Virus record (IMG/VR): IMGVR_UViG_3300010354_000082
Coordinates: 814-64,813 of that record
Reading direction: 5' to 3' (one strand)
Length of the DNA: 64,000 nt
From: a virus
Lineage: Duplodnaviria; Caudoviricetes
Positions 41,857 to 51,476 of this stretch are shown here, piece after piece. A program made the translations under genes and the position numbers. A model generated the notes under the pieces. It made no database searches, was not told where the DNA came from, and saw nothing but the letters and a program-made list of their open reading frames with translations. The first letter of the stretch is position 1. Each line of letters starts with the position of its first letter.

Positions 41857-44607
41857 GTGTCACTGCTCAAGGCTTCAACTGGCCTTTTCGAAAATTACAC
41901 GTTCATTGCGCGACCTGAGCGGGAGTTCTCGTCATCATCCAGCGGCGTGACAGGGGCTATCCGCCTCTTTCCACAGGCGAGCCCATCTGAAAAGATGGAT
42001 CCCGAGGCGATGACGAGAGTGGTACAGAAGCTCAGTGGGTCTTCCCTGGGTGGTATTGCCGCTTTTGATGAATCAAGAGCAATCTTTACTACGCTCAATC
42101 TTGTGACACGTTCCGATGGTGAACCTGAGTATTTCGTTTCTGTTCGAGATTTCGTGTCTGATCCTCGACAGCGTAAGACTCTCGAGATCGTAAGATCGAC
42201 GCCCCCGCTTTTCCTTACGAGCTCTAATGACATCACCACGGGAACTCTCGAATTCAACACGCTGCGACGTGTCCTGTTCCCACACTACGCTACAGCGTAT
42301 CCCTCTGCCTACTGGGGATACGCGAATTACCTCTGCCTCAACTTCATCTCCGGATCGACGTTCAGCAACAATGCCGCGCTCATCTACGCTAATCCGACGG
42401 GCTCTGACGGCACGTCTCTCCTGACACCTTCAGGGGCGTTCACACTAGAGACATACATCAAGCCCACTGCTAGGGTTTCCGGAACTTATCACGCCGGTAC
42501 GATCTTTCACGTATCATCGTCATTCGCTCTTTCGCTCGTGAGTGGCTCCAGTGTCGATCCCTACGGTCGACCCGCGTCATTCAGACTTATGCTGCAGCTG
42601 AGTCACAGCGCCGACATTCCACCGAGCTCGGTCGATCTCACAGTAGCGAACAACGCGAGAGTCTTTCCACAAGATCTCATCTTCCTCAGCGATGAGTCTA
42701 TCACGTTCAACGGCTGGCACCACGCCGCTGTCAGGTGGGGCGGATCGTCTGTCGACTCCGGCACCGGGTCTTTCTTCATCGATGGCGTGAGATCCGGAGA
42801 TTTCAGCATTCCCTCGGCTTCAGTGACTCGAACAGATTACTCTCCTGAGAATTCGAACGCCCTCTTCATCGGAAATTATTATGAGGGCTCGAACAATTCT
42901 TCGAATGCGATCAGAGGATTCTTCGACACGACCACCGCAGGCATTGAGGGATTCACAGCGCCCTTCACCTCGCCTCCCACATTTCCGACTCACACGATGC
43001 GCCACGGCCTCGGCGCAGAGATTCACGAGACCAGGTTCTGGGAGAGCTATCGTTCTGCAGAGCAGATAGTCTCGGGAACGCTCACGGGATACCCGTCAGG
43101 ATCCGGACCACTCTTCTACCTCGGTCCACACTTCGTTCACGAGTCTCCTGATCGTGACGTTCTGCTGACGCCGTTCTTGGCCGTAATTTCTTCTTCGATA
43201 AATACGCCATTCGTCCGACAGCTTTCGCTCGGTTTCGGCGGACACGTCATCAATACTGAGAATCATCTCAGAGAATTGGTCACGGGATACTATCCGCGCC
43301 ACCTGAACATGACGGCGTCTACAGCCGCAGGCGCACCTGCTGGCTTGACGGTCAACGACATACTCTTCGCAACGAGCTCGGTAGTTCGCAAAAACCTTCT
43401 CATTATGCCCTGCGACAATGGAAAATTCACACCGCACTGGGAGAATCTCTTCACTTCTTCGCTGACACCTCACTATAGGTTTGACAATCCTGGATTTGTC
43501 GATGTGTCTAGACTCTCCACGGGAAGCGGGACCGTGAGCGCCGGAGACAGATTCCTTCTTGAGGGTGAATTCTTCTTTCGAGCGACAGTAGACTTGACGC
43601 ACAATTTTGCGGGAACCTCTTTTTATGCAGGAAAAGAATTTACGCTTGAGTCAACAACCGGAAACAAAAAAACTTATGTCTTTGACAACGGATCGGTCCC
43701 CTATGTTACTGGACAAGTTGTCGGTTTTCTAAGAAAAATAATAATCCAGATTGGCTCTGGAGTGTCGACTGTCGATGCTATAGCGGAAGAAACCTTAAAT
43801 GCAATAACTGGTGATACAGGACAACCCACTGAGTTTATCGTTGTCAGGACTGGCGGCAAAGTGACGATAATACAGGCACGTCCTGGACCCGGCGGTAATA
43901 CCATAATCGAAAATAATTTCCCAGAATTATTTAGTCCGCTAACTCTTAGTTCTAATTCATTCACGGGTGGAGAATTGATCGACCCGTCTCCTGATTTTGC
44001 GTTTTCTAGTCATACTGGCGACAACGCGTCCGAACTTCCCGCTTGCATCCTCACTGCAAACGACTCGTCCTACCTCGCCACGCTCTTCGACGCTTCGAAC
44101 CTCTTCTACGGCAGCAAGATCCACCCGGGAACTTTCGAGATTGTCGATCCGTCATTCACGGGATCTGCAGGGCTCCTCTCTGTTCGTCTCCGCGACAACG
44201 GAATGGGCGGCCTCTACCGCGCCGACGCGACGACTCCCCACGCAAAGTGGAACTCTGTCGGGACGCTCCTCTACGAAGAGGGACTCGCCGTCGTCACGAG
44301 CCCGTATCTCGGTGACCTCTACGGCAAGGACAACTTCAGCGTGAAATTCCGCGGCGAGCAGCCCATCACAGTCCTCAGCACGAACGTCACGGTCCCAGCC
44401 TTCCAGATCAACTCGAGTTCCCTGCCGTCCTACCTGCCGCTCACGGCCTCCAACTACGCCAACGAGGACGGCAACCCGATGACATACATCACTCGAGTGA
44501 ACCTGCACGACGAGAACCTGAACATCGTCGGGAAGGCAGAGCTCGCGCAGCCGATCGCCAAGCGACTCTCCGACAAGTTTGTCATCAAGGTGAAATTTGA
44601 CTTCTGA
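41857..44607 (+). CDS. LamG-domain virion baseplate/tail protein
   Basis: FTLETYIKP, WHHAAVRW, FFIDG, LFIGN; C-terminus YITRVNLHDENLNIVGKAELAQPIAK...IKVKFDF parallels the upstream gene. Confidence 0.65.
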   Translation: MSLLKASTGLFENYTFIARPEREFSSSSSGVTGAIRLFPQASPSEKMDPEAMTRVVQKLSGSSLGGIAAFDESRAIFTTLNLVTRSDGEPEYFVSVRDFVSDPRQRKTLEIVRSTPPLFLTSSNDITTGTLEFNTLRRVLFPHYATAYPSAYWGYANYLCLNFISGSTFSNNAALIYANPTGSDGTSLLTPSGAFTLETYIKPTARVSGTYHAGTIFHVSSSFALSLVSGSSVDPYGRPASFRLMLQLSHSADIPPSSVDLTVANNARVFPQDLIFLSDESITFNGWHHAAVRWGGSSVDSGTGSFFIDGVRSGDFSIPSASVTRTDYSPENSNALFIGNYYEGSNNSSNAIRGFFDTTTAGIEGFTAPFTSPPTFPTHTMRHGLGAEIHETRFWESYRSAEQIVSGTLTGYPSGSGPLFYLGPHFVHESPDRDVLLTPFLAVISSSINTPFVRQLSLGFGGHVINTENHLRELVTGYYPRHLNMTASTAAGAPAGLTVNDILFATSSVVRKNLLIMPCDNGKFTPHWENLFTSSLTPHYRFDNPGFVDVSRLSTGSGTVSAGDRFLLEGEFFFRATVDLTHNFAGTSFYAGKEFTLESTTGNKKTYVFDNGSVPYVTGQVVGFLRKIIIQIGSGVSTVDAIAEETLNAITGDTGQPTEFIVVRTGGKVTIIQARPGPGGNTIIENNFPELFSPLTLSSNSFTGGELIDPSPDFAFSSHTGDNASELPACILTANDSSYLATLFDASNLFYGSKIHPGTFEIVDPSFTGSAGLLSVRLRDNGMGGLYRADATTPHAKWNSVGTLLYEEGLAVVTSPYLGDLYGKDNFSVKFRGEQPITVLSTNVTVPAFQINSSSLPSYLPLTASNYANEDGNPMTYITRVNLHDENLNIVGKAELAQPIAKRLSDKFVIKVKFDF

Positions 44608-45139
44608 CAAGGTCTATCTCGGTCTCGACATCTCGACATCTTCGACGGGCTGGGCTCTCGTCCGCGCCGACGGCTCTCCCATCGACATCGGCTGGTTTGA
44701 CATTGCGGGAATCGAGGGAATGTATCTGAAGGCTGCCGAGGTCGAGAGGGGTCTTCGTGCCCTTCCGCGTCCCGATGGAATCTTTGTCGAGGAGAACGTC
44801 CTCGGCTTCAGTTCAGGCGGCTCGACTGCTCACGTCATCGTCACCCTCGCAAAGTTCAACGCCGTCGTCTCTCACACTTGCTGGAGAATCTGGGACATTC
44901 CGCCCGTGTCGATACCGGCGATCAGGGCCCGCAGCCTCGTGGGTCTCAAGGTTCCTCGCGGTGAGAACGTGAAAGAGCACGTCCTGCGCTGGGCATCCTC
45001 GAGATCCGACCAGCGGTTCTGGCCCACGCGCCTCATCAAGACCGGAAAGAGAAAGGGGCTCGAGGTCCCAGTCCAGGGCTGCTTTGACGCCGCCGACGCG
45101 TTCCTTCTTGCAAACGCGGGCTTGAAAACCCTGTCCTGA
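44597..45139 (+). CDS. RuvC-like Holliday junction resolvase
   Basis: LGLDISTSSTG, FVEE, FDAADA acidic catalytic residues. Confidence 0.8.
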   Translation: MTSDKVYLGLDISTSSTGWALVRADGSPIDIGWFDIAGIEGMYLKAAEVERGLRALPRPDGIFVEENVLGFSSGGSTAHVIVTLAKFNAVVSHTCWRIWDIPPVSIPAIRARSLVGLKVPRGENVKEHVLRWASSRSDQRFWPTRLIKTGKRKGLEVPVQGCFDAADAFLLANAGLKTLS

Positions 45140-45159
45140 CCGAGTATAGTCTTGGTATG
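45122..45159 (+). promoter_or_regulatory. sigma70 promoter, leaderless (primase operon)
   Basis: TTGAAA(45122)-17-TATAGT(45145), then 6 nt to ATG at 45157. Confidence 0.7.
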
Positions 45160-46110
45160 CTGGATGCAAACGAACGCTTGAAGTATCTCTCGGGTGCTCT
45201 CGGAACGGGTCACCTGAGCAGGGATGGTCTCAATGCAAGTTTCCGCTGCCCGAAATGCGGGCACAAGGACAAATTCAAGCTCGTTGTGAAGCTTGATGAT
45301 GAGAAGTGGCACTGCTGGGTCTGCGGCATCAAGGGCGGCTCAGTAGCGTCACTTCTCGCAAAACACGCAAAGGAGCATCGAAGTGGCTGGATACAGCGAT
45401 TCGGCACGGTCGAACAGAAAAAGTTCATCGACGAACCAGAGAAAGAAGAGATTCTCCAGCTGCCTGATGGGTTTCTCCCGCTCGTGGGAACCAGACTCGA
45501 TCCCGACTTCTCAGCTGTCGCCAGGTATCTTGACGATCGAGGAGTGGGGGAAAGAGAGATCTGGCGCTACAGGATTGGGACCACTCTCAGAGGTCGGTGC
45601 CGCCGCCGGGCAGTCATCACATCGTACGACTGCGATGGGAAGCTGAACTACTGGACAGGCAGGGCGATAGACGATACTTCGACAGTGAAGTATGTGAACC
45701 CCAGGGTAGAGAGGCGCGACGTCATCTTCAACGAGATTGACATCGACTGGACTCGCGAGCTCACTCTCGTGGAAGGTCCCTTCGATCTCATTTCCATCGG
45801 TGGAAATTCCACCTGTCTTCTCGGTTCGAGCCTCTCTACCTATCACGCTCTCTTTCAGCGCATCGTCGGCAATCAGACACCAGTCGTCCTTGCTCTCGAC
45901 AGCGATATGAAGAAAAAATCTCACGACATAGCCAAGTTGTTGTTCACACACGGCGTTTCCGTAAGAATCTTAGATACAGGCACATACAAGGACGTGGGAG
46001 AAATGCCCGCAGAAGTCCTACAGGAAGCGCACCAGTCAGCGTCTTCGTGGAACCCTAACGACAGACTCTTCCACCTCATTCGCAACATCACTTCGGGGTC
46101 AATGTTTTGA
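45157..46110 (+). CDS. DNA primase (Zn finger + TOPRIM)
   Basis: CPKC...WHCWVC; YLDDRG; VEGPFD; LALDSD; KDVGEM. Confidence 0.88.
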   Translation: MLDANERLKYLSGALGTGHLSRDGLNASFRCPKCGHKDKFKLVVKLDDEKWHCWVCGIKGGSVASLLAKHAKEHRSGWIQRFGTVEQKKFIDEPEKEEILQLPDGFLPLVGTRLDPDFSAVARYLDDRGVGEREIWRYRIGTTLRGRCRRRAVITSYDCDGKLNYWTGRAIDDTSTVKYVNPRVERRDVIFNEIDIDWTRELTLVEGPFDLISIGGNSTCLLGSSLSTYHALFQRIVGNQTPVVLALDSDMKKKSHDIAKLLFTHGVSVRILDTGTYKDVGEMPAEVLQEAHQSASSWNPNDRLFHLIRNITSGSMF

Positions 46111-49100
46111 GAACCTACAAGATCTGCCACCTTGCCGACGTTCACTGGCGCGGACTCTCGCGACACGAAGAGTATCGGACCGTCTTCAAGAAAATGTTCG
46201 AGGACCTCCGACAGGAGGGGGTCGACGCGATCGTCATCGCCGGGGACATCGTCCACACGAAGACACAGGGAATCTCTCCCGAGGTCATCGACCACCTCAC
46301 GTGGTGGTTCAAGTCATTCGCGGAAATTGCGCCCACCTACGTCACGCTCGGCAACCACGACGGTCTCATTCACAACCCAGACCGCCAGGACGCCATCGGT
46401 CCGATCATCAACGCGATCGGCAGTGACAGGATTCACTTTATGAAAAAGTCGGGGAACTATCCGACTCATATGAAGGGCGTCCGGATTGCGAACTTCTCTC
46501 CCTTCGACGAGGAGGGGTGGGACGACATCGACCGGAAGGGTGAGACTGTCATCGCGATCTTTCACGGCGTGGTGAAGGGCGCGTTCACCGACTCCGACTA
46601 CGCCACCGAGGGTGAGGTCGACCTGAGTCTCTTCGAGGGGTGTCACTACGGGATGTTCGGCGACATCCACAAACACCAGTTCCTCGACCGCGACGGTCGC
46701 TTCGCCTACCCGGGCTCGACCATCCAGCAGAATTTCGGGGAGTCGCAGGACAAGGGATACCTCCTCTGGGAAATTTCTGGTCCCAACTCGTTCAGCGTCG
46801 AGCGCCGAGTTCTCGAGTCTCCCCACCCATACGTCACTGTCCAGTGGGCGGGATCGGTAGATGAGACGATCGAGTCGCTCGCCACCTGTCGCCGCGGCAG
46901 TCGCATCAGGGTCTCCTCCAGCGAGAATCTCCTACAGGAAGAGATCAAACAGCTCTCTGCCTACCTGAAAGAGACCCTCGAGGCGCCTGAGATTGTCTGG
47001 AAGTGGGACACCGAGGTGAACAGGTCTGCAGCGACCGAGCGCCTGGAGAACACTCGAAAGAGCCTGCGCGACATCGAGGCGCACCGCCCGCTCCTCATCG
47101 CAGCGCTGAAGGACGAGACCGACATCGACAAGTATCTCGATGTCGTCGGCAAGACTCTCAGTCGCCTCGAGGACGACGAGGAGATCGTGAGGAACCAGAA
47201 GTGGACCCTCGACAAGCTCGAGTGGGAGAACACTTTCTCCTACGGCAAGGACAACGTCATCGACTTCAAGGGTCTCTCGGGCGTCGTCGGCATCTTCGGT
47301 CGCAACAGGATCGGCAAGTCATCGATCCCAGGGACGATGATGTACGCGCTCTTCAACGCGAGCGACCGCGGCGTCCTGAAGCCGATGAACATCGTCAACA
47401 CCCGCAAGGGTCACTGCATGGCGTCGGCAGAATTCCGCGTCGACGGAGTCCCATACAGGATCGAGCGGATGACTGCGAAGTCCACGAATCGCAAGGGAGT
47501 CACGAACGCATCGACCCAGCTGAACTTCTTCAAGATGAACGAGACGGGAGACACTGAGTCTGACCTCACGGGCGAGCAGCGGAAAGACTCTGAAAAGGTC
47601 CTCCGCAGTCTCGTGGGAACGTCATCTGACTTTCTCCTCACCTCCTTCGCTTCCCAGGGCGAGATGAACACCTTCATCAAGCAGGGCGCGACACAGAGAA
47701 AAGCGCAGCTCGCTCGATTCCTCGACCTCCAGGTCCTCGAGAACGTCTTTCTGAAACTGAAAGAGGACTCGCAGTCCCTGAAGGGGGTCCTCAAGAGTCT
47801 CCCTGACAGGAATTTCCGACTCATTCGCACAGAACTCCTCGACACGATCGCGAGCTGCGACACGAAGATCACTTCTGCTGACCAGGAGATTGTTCGCCTC
47901 GACGAGGAGAGGACGACTCTCAACCAGCGCCTCGCAGGCGTCGAGGAGAAGAAGGGATACACGCAGGACGACGTCGACGACATCGAGCGCCAGCTGAAAA
48001 CCGTCAGGACTCGCCTCACCTCCGAGAAGGAGTCGCTCGCCGAGTGCGAGTCCAAGGTCACGGATCTTACGAGAAAGATCGCGGCAATCGAACAGATCAA
48101 ACTCAAGTTCCCCATCGAGGAAATGAACGCGAGAATTGCCGAGCACACGCAGCTCGAGAAGCGCAGCGTCGAGGCGAAACACCTCGTGGACCGCGAGTCC
48201 ATCGTCCTCTCCTCTCAGGAAAAGTCCGCTTCCCGTCTCAGCGAGGTTCCCTGCGGAGAGAATTTCCCGACCTGCAAGTTCATCCGCGACTCCGTGAAGG
48301 ACAAGAAACTCATCGAGTCCCAGAAGCAGAAATTACAGGAACTCAAGGACTCTCTCCGCGCGATCACCAACGCCCTGAAGTCGAACGACATCGACGAGGC
48401 GGTGGAGAGGGTGAAGAAATACAACGACGCGATGACGAAAGAGAGAGTCTTCGTCTCCGAGAAGTCGGCCCTCGAGTCTCGAATCTCTCTCCTGAAGGAC
48501 GGCATCGAGAAACTCATCTCCCGGTCCGTCTCGCTGGAGAGCAGCCTCGCACACGCTCGAGCCCACATTTCCGACTCCCCTGAGGTCGAGATCGCCTCGC
48601 AGAACCGCCGCCGCCTCGCAGAGGTCGACAGGATGCTGCGAGAGGCCCGCCAGGCCGTCGTCGACTGCAACAAGCGCAAGGCTGTCAGCCAGGAGAAGAT
48701 GCAGACTCTCGATGAAGAGGAGCGCCGCCTCGCAGAAGTGAAGTCCCAGTGGACTTTCTATGAAAAGTTGCTCGGGGCGTATAACAAAGACGGCATTCCG
48801 ATGATGATTATCAGGAATGAACTACCTCGAATCAACGAAGAAATCGCTAAGATTCTTCACGGCATCACTGGATTCACCGTCATTCTCGAGACTGACGAGT
48901 CTGGTTCTGACCTCGACATCTCCATCGACTACGGAGACTCCCGTCGTCCCATCGAGATGGGCTCGGGAATGGAGAAGATGCTCGCGTCGATGGCGATCCG
49001 CGTGGCGCTCATCAACATCTCGAGCCTGCCCAAGTCCGATATGCTCATCATCGACGAGGGCTTCGGGGCGCTCGATGAGCAGAACGTTGAGGCGTGCAAC

Positions 49101-49253
49101 AAGCTGCTCCACTCTCTCAAGCGGTTTTTCAAGACAATCCTCGTCATCTCCCACGTCGATGCTGTGAAGGATGCTGTCGATGGGTTCATTGAGGTCACAA
49201 CGAGAGGGGCAGATGCACATGTTAGCACCGCTGATTCAATACCGAGTAATTAG
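46107..49253 (+). CDS. Mre11/SbcD nuclease-Rad50/SbcC ATPase fusion (gp47-gp46-like)
   Basis: HLADVH, AGDIVH, GNHD, GDIH, YPGS; Walker A GRNRIGKSS, coiled coil, MGSGME signature, IIDEGFGALD, VISH. Confidence 0.93.
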   Translation: MRTYKICHLADVHWRGLSRHEEYRTVFKKMFEDLRQEGVDAIVIAGDIVHTKTQGISPEVIDHLTWWFKSFAEIAPTYVTLGNHDGLIHNPDRQDAIGPIINAIGSDRIHFMKKSGNYPTHMKGVRIANFSPFDEEGWDDIDRKGETVIAIFHGVVKGAFTDSDYATEGEVDLSLFEGCHYGMFGDIHKHQFLDRDGRFAYPGSTIQQNFGESQDKGYLLWEISGPNSFSVERRVLESPHPYVTVQWAGSVDETIESLATCRRGSRIRVSSSENLLQEEIKQLSAYLKETLEAPEIVWKWDTEVNRSAATERLENTRKSLRDIEAHRPLLIAALKDETDIDKYLDVVGKTLSRLEDDEEIVRNQKWTLDKLEWENTFSYGKDNVIDFKGLSGVVGIFGRNRIGKSSIPGTMMYALFNASDRGVLKPMNIVNTRKGHCMASAEFRVDGVPYRIERMTAKSTNRKGVTNASTQLNFFKMNETGDTESDLTGEQRKDSEKVLRSLVGTSSDFLLTSFASQGEMNTFIKQGATQRKAQLARFLDLQVLENVFLKLKEDSQSLKGVLKSLPDRNFRLIRTELLDTIASCDTKITSADQEIVRLDEERTTLNQRLAGVEEKKGYTQDDVDDIERQLKTVRTRLTSEKESLAECESKVTDLTRKIAAIEQIKLKFPIEEMNARIAEHTQLEKRSVEAKHLVDRESIVLSSQEKSASRLSEVPCGENFPTCKFIRDSVKDKKLIESQKQKLQELKDSLRAITNALKSNDIDEAVERVKKYNDAMTKERVFVSEKSALESRISLLKDGIEKLISRSVSLESSLAHARAHISDSPEVEIASQNRRRLAEVDRMLREARQAVVDCNKRKAVSQEKMQTLDEEERRLAEVKSQWTFYEKLLGAYNKDGIPMMIIRNELPRINEEIAKILHGITGFTVILETDESGSDLDISIDYGDSRRPIEMGSGMEKMLASMAIRVALINISSLPKSDMLIIDEGFGALDEQNVEACNKLLHSLKRFFKTILVISHVDAVKDAVDGFIEVTTRGADAHVSTADSIPSN

Positions 49254-49467
49254 TCCAGGACTCCCAAGAGTCGCATCGTTCTGTCCCATCTGCAAGTCAG
49301 CAGTCGGAGACCTCACCGATGTAGAGTCGATGGAGTCTGCCGGCTGCTGTCGCGCTTGCGAGCAGGAATTCTACGAGCCCCGGCGCGAGGAATGGGTCCT
49401 CGGCTGGCGTCCCGCACAGAAAGACATCGAGGCCGCCAGGGAATCGAGAATCTTTGTGGCGCGGTGA
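49213..49467 (+). CDS. small zinc-finger protein
   Basis: CPIC...CCRAC...W..GWRP. Confidence 0.6.
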   Translation: MHMLAPLIQYRVISPGLPRVASFCPICKSAVGDLTDVESMESAGCCRACEQEFYEPRREEWVLGWRPAQKDIEAARESRIFVAR

Positions 49468-49490
49468 ATACTTATTGATCTGGAGTGAAA

Positions 49491-49856
49491 ATGAACTACA
49501 ATCATCTCGCGCAGGCTCTCGAGTGCTGCAAGGGTTCCAAGGACGGCACGACGTCCATCACTTACAAGATTCTCGGTGGTGACAACGTTGAGCTCTGCTA
49601 CACGTGCGTTGTTCACTTCGCTTCCGAGCACTCATTCCGCGCTCAGCAGGAACGAGAGGCTGATCGCGCAAAGGCGATGCTTCGCGAAGCGACAAAGATG
49701 GTGAAGAAGGAATTCAAGTCAATCTCTGGCAGCGAGCTGAACCTGAAGCAGATCGCTGGGTCTGAGAACGACTCTATCGAGATCATTCAGGCAACTGCTC
49801 ACAACCCGCGTCGCATCGCCTACTACAGGTTTAGGACCTCTTTCTCGGTGACCTGA
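49491..49856 (+). CDS. hypothetical protein
   Basis: SD GGAG; preceded by ATACTTA; immediately upstream of terminase. Confidence 0.6.
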   Translation: MNYNHLAQALECCKGSKDGTTSITYKILGGDNVELCYTCVVHFASEHSFRAQQEREADRAKAMLREATKMVKKEFKSISGSELNLKQIAGSENDSIEIIQATAHNPRRIAYYRFRTSFSVT

Positions 49857-49860
49857 TCCG

Positions 49861-51441
49861 ATGCCTACCACAAAGCAGGCGCAGGTCAATGAGATAATCA
49901 AGTGCGGCAAGGATCCCGTCCACTTCATCAACAAGTGGACGAAGATCACGCACCCCGAGAAAGGTCTCATCAAGTTCAGCACCTACCCATTCCAGGACAG
50001 GTGTGTCAAAGAATTTGCAAAGCACCGCTTCAACATCGTTCTCAAGAGTCGACAGCTCGGACTATCGACGGTGACTGCTGCGTTCGCTCTCTGGCGAGCA
50101 ATCTTCTACAAGGAAAAGAACATCCTCGTCATTGCGACGAAGCTGTCGACAGCAGCAAACTTCATCAGAAAGGTGAAGACGATGTTGACAGCCCTGCCGC
50201 CATGGCTGCTCATTCCCGAGATTGTCTCGGAAACGAAGACGGGGATAGAATTCTCGAACGGCTCAGTGATCAAGGCGGTCCCAACGTCGGAGGACGCCGG
50301 TCGTTCTGAAGCCCTGTCGCTCCTCATCATCGACGAGGCTGCGTTCATCAGAAACTTCGAGGAACTCTGGAAGGGTCTCTACCCCACGCTGTCGACGGGT
50401 GGTGCGGCAATCATCCTCAGCACCCCCAACGGCGTGGGAAATCAGTATCACAAGCTGTGGATAGACGCAGAGACTCGAGTCTCCGACTTCAATCCCATCA
50501 AACTTATGTGGGACGTCCACCCAGAGCGAGACCAGGCGTGGTTCGACAAGGAATCACGCCAGATGACAAGAAAACAGGTCGCGCAGGAGCTCCTGTGCGA
50601 CTTTGCCTCGTCAGGCGACACTTACCTGACGGCAGAGGATTTCGAGAGGATACGGACTTCCTCGAGGAGTCCGATAGAGAAGACGGGTCCCAGCAACAAC
50701 GTCTGGATCTGGAAATACCCGCTGCCCGACCACAAGTATGTGATTTCTGCCGATGTCTCGCGAGGGGACGCTGCCGACTTCTCTGCCTTCCACGTGATCG
50801 ACATCAACGAGTCCGAGCAGGTCTGCGAGTTCAAGGGCAAGATACCGCCCGATCAGCTCGGAATTCTCCTCGCAGAGTTCGGCAATCGCTACAACAAGGC
50901 GCTCGTCTGTCCGGAGAACAACACGTACGGGTTCTCGACAATCACGAAACTTCGAGACATCGGCTACCCGAACCTCCACCTCAACGACAGGCGCTACCAG
51001 TATGCGGTCGACGTGCCCATTGGCAAGTTCGGTTTCACGACATCAGCCTCGAGCCGCGGCACGGCGCTCACCAAGCTCGAAGAACACCTCCGCACGGGCG
51101 TCCTGAAGGTCTATTCCGTCAGGCTCATAGAGGAAATGCGGACTTTCGTCTGGCAGGGCGACACGCCCCGAGCGCAGAAGGGGTTCAACGACGACCTCGT
51201 GATGTCTCTTGCCATCGGCTCGACCCTCTATGAGCCCGTCGCAGGAGGGGAAAAGAAGGTCGGCGGCACCCACACCGCGATGCTCGCAGCTTTCGGAGTG
51301 AACAAGTCGCAGCCGCAGCGTCCGCCACCGGTCTACATGGGTAACCCGTTCGCACCGCGGGGATACGATCCACGAATGCACGAAGATTCCACGCAGGCAA
51401 ACGTTCCGATCCCACCGGGCCTCGCCTGGCTTTACAAATAG
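49861..51441 (+). CDS. terL: terminase large subunit (T4 gp17-like)
   Basis: KSRQLGLST Walker A, LLIIDEAAF Walker B, ILSTPNG, SADVSRG..DFS, ENN, NDDLVMSLAI. Confidence 0.96.
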   Translation: MPTTKQAQVNEIIKCGKDPVHFINKWTKITHPEKGLIKFSTYPFQDRCVKEFAKHRFNIVLKSRQLGLSTVTAAFALWRAIFYKEKNILVIATKLSTAANFIRKVKTMLTALPPWLLIPEIVSETKTGIEFSNGSVIKAVPTSEDAGRSEALSLLIIDEAAFIRNFEELWKGLYPTLSTGGAAIILSTPNGVGNQYHKLWIDAETRVSDFNPIKLMWDVHPERDQAWFDKESRQMTRKQVAQELLCDFASSGDTYLTAEDFERIRTSSRSPIEKTGPSNNVWIWKYPLPDHKYVISADVSRGDAADFSAFHVIDINESEQVCEFKGKIPPDQLGILLAEFGNRYNKALVCPENNTYGFSTITKLRDIGYPNLHLNDRRYQYAVDVPIGKFGFTTSASSRGTALTKLEEHLRTGVLKVYSVRLIEEMRTFVWQGDTPRAQKGFNDDLVMSLAIGSTLYEPVAGGEKKVGGTHTAMLAAFGVNKSQPQRPPPVYMGNPFAPRGYDPRMHEDSTQANVPIPPGLAWLYK

Positions 51442-51476
51442 CCGACAGGAACGATAGTTACAGATAGGAGTCTGCA

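Noticed and set aside
43550-43975. AT-rich in-frame block as an intein or intron
   Set aside because: No C/S...HN splice residues, no homing endonuclease motif, and the frame is uninterrupted.
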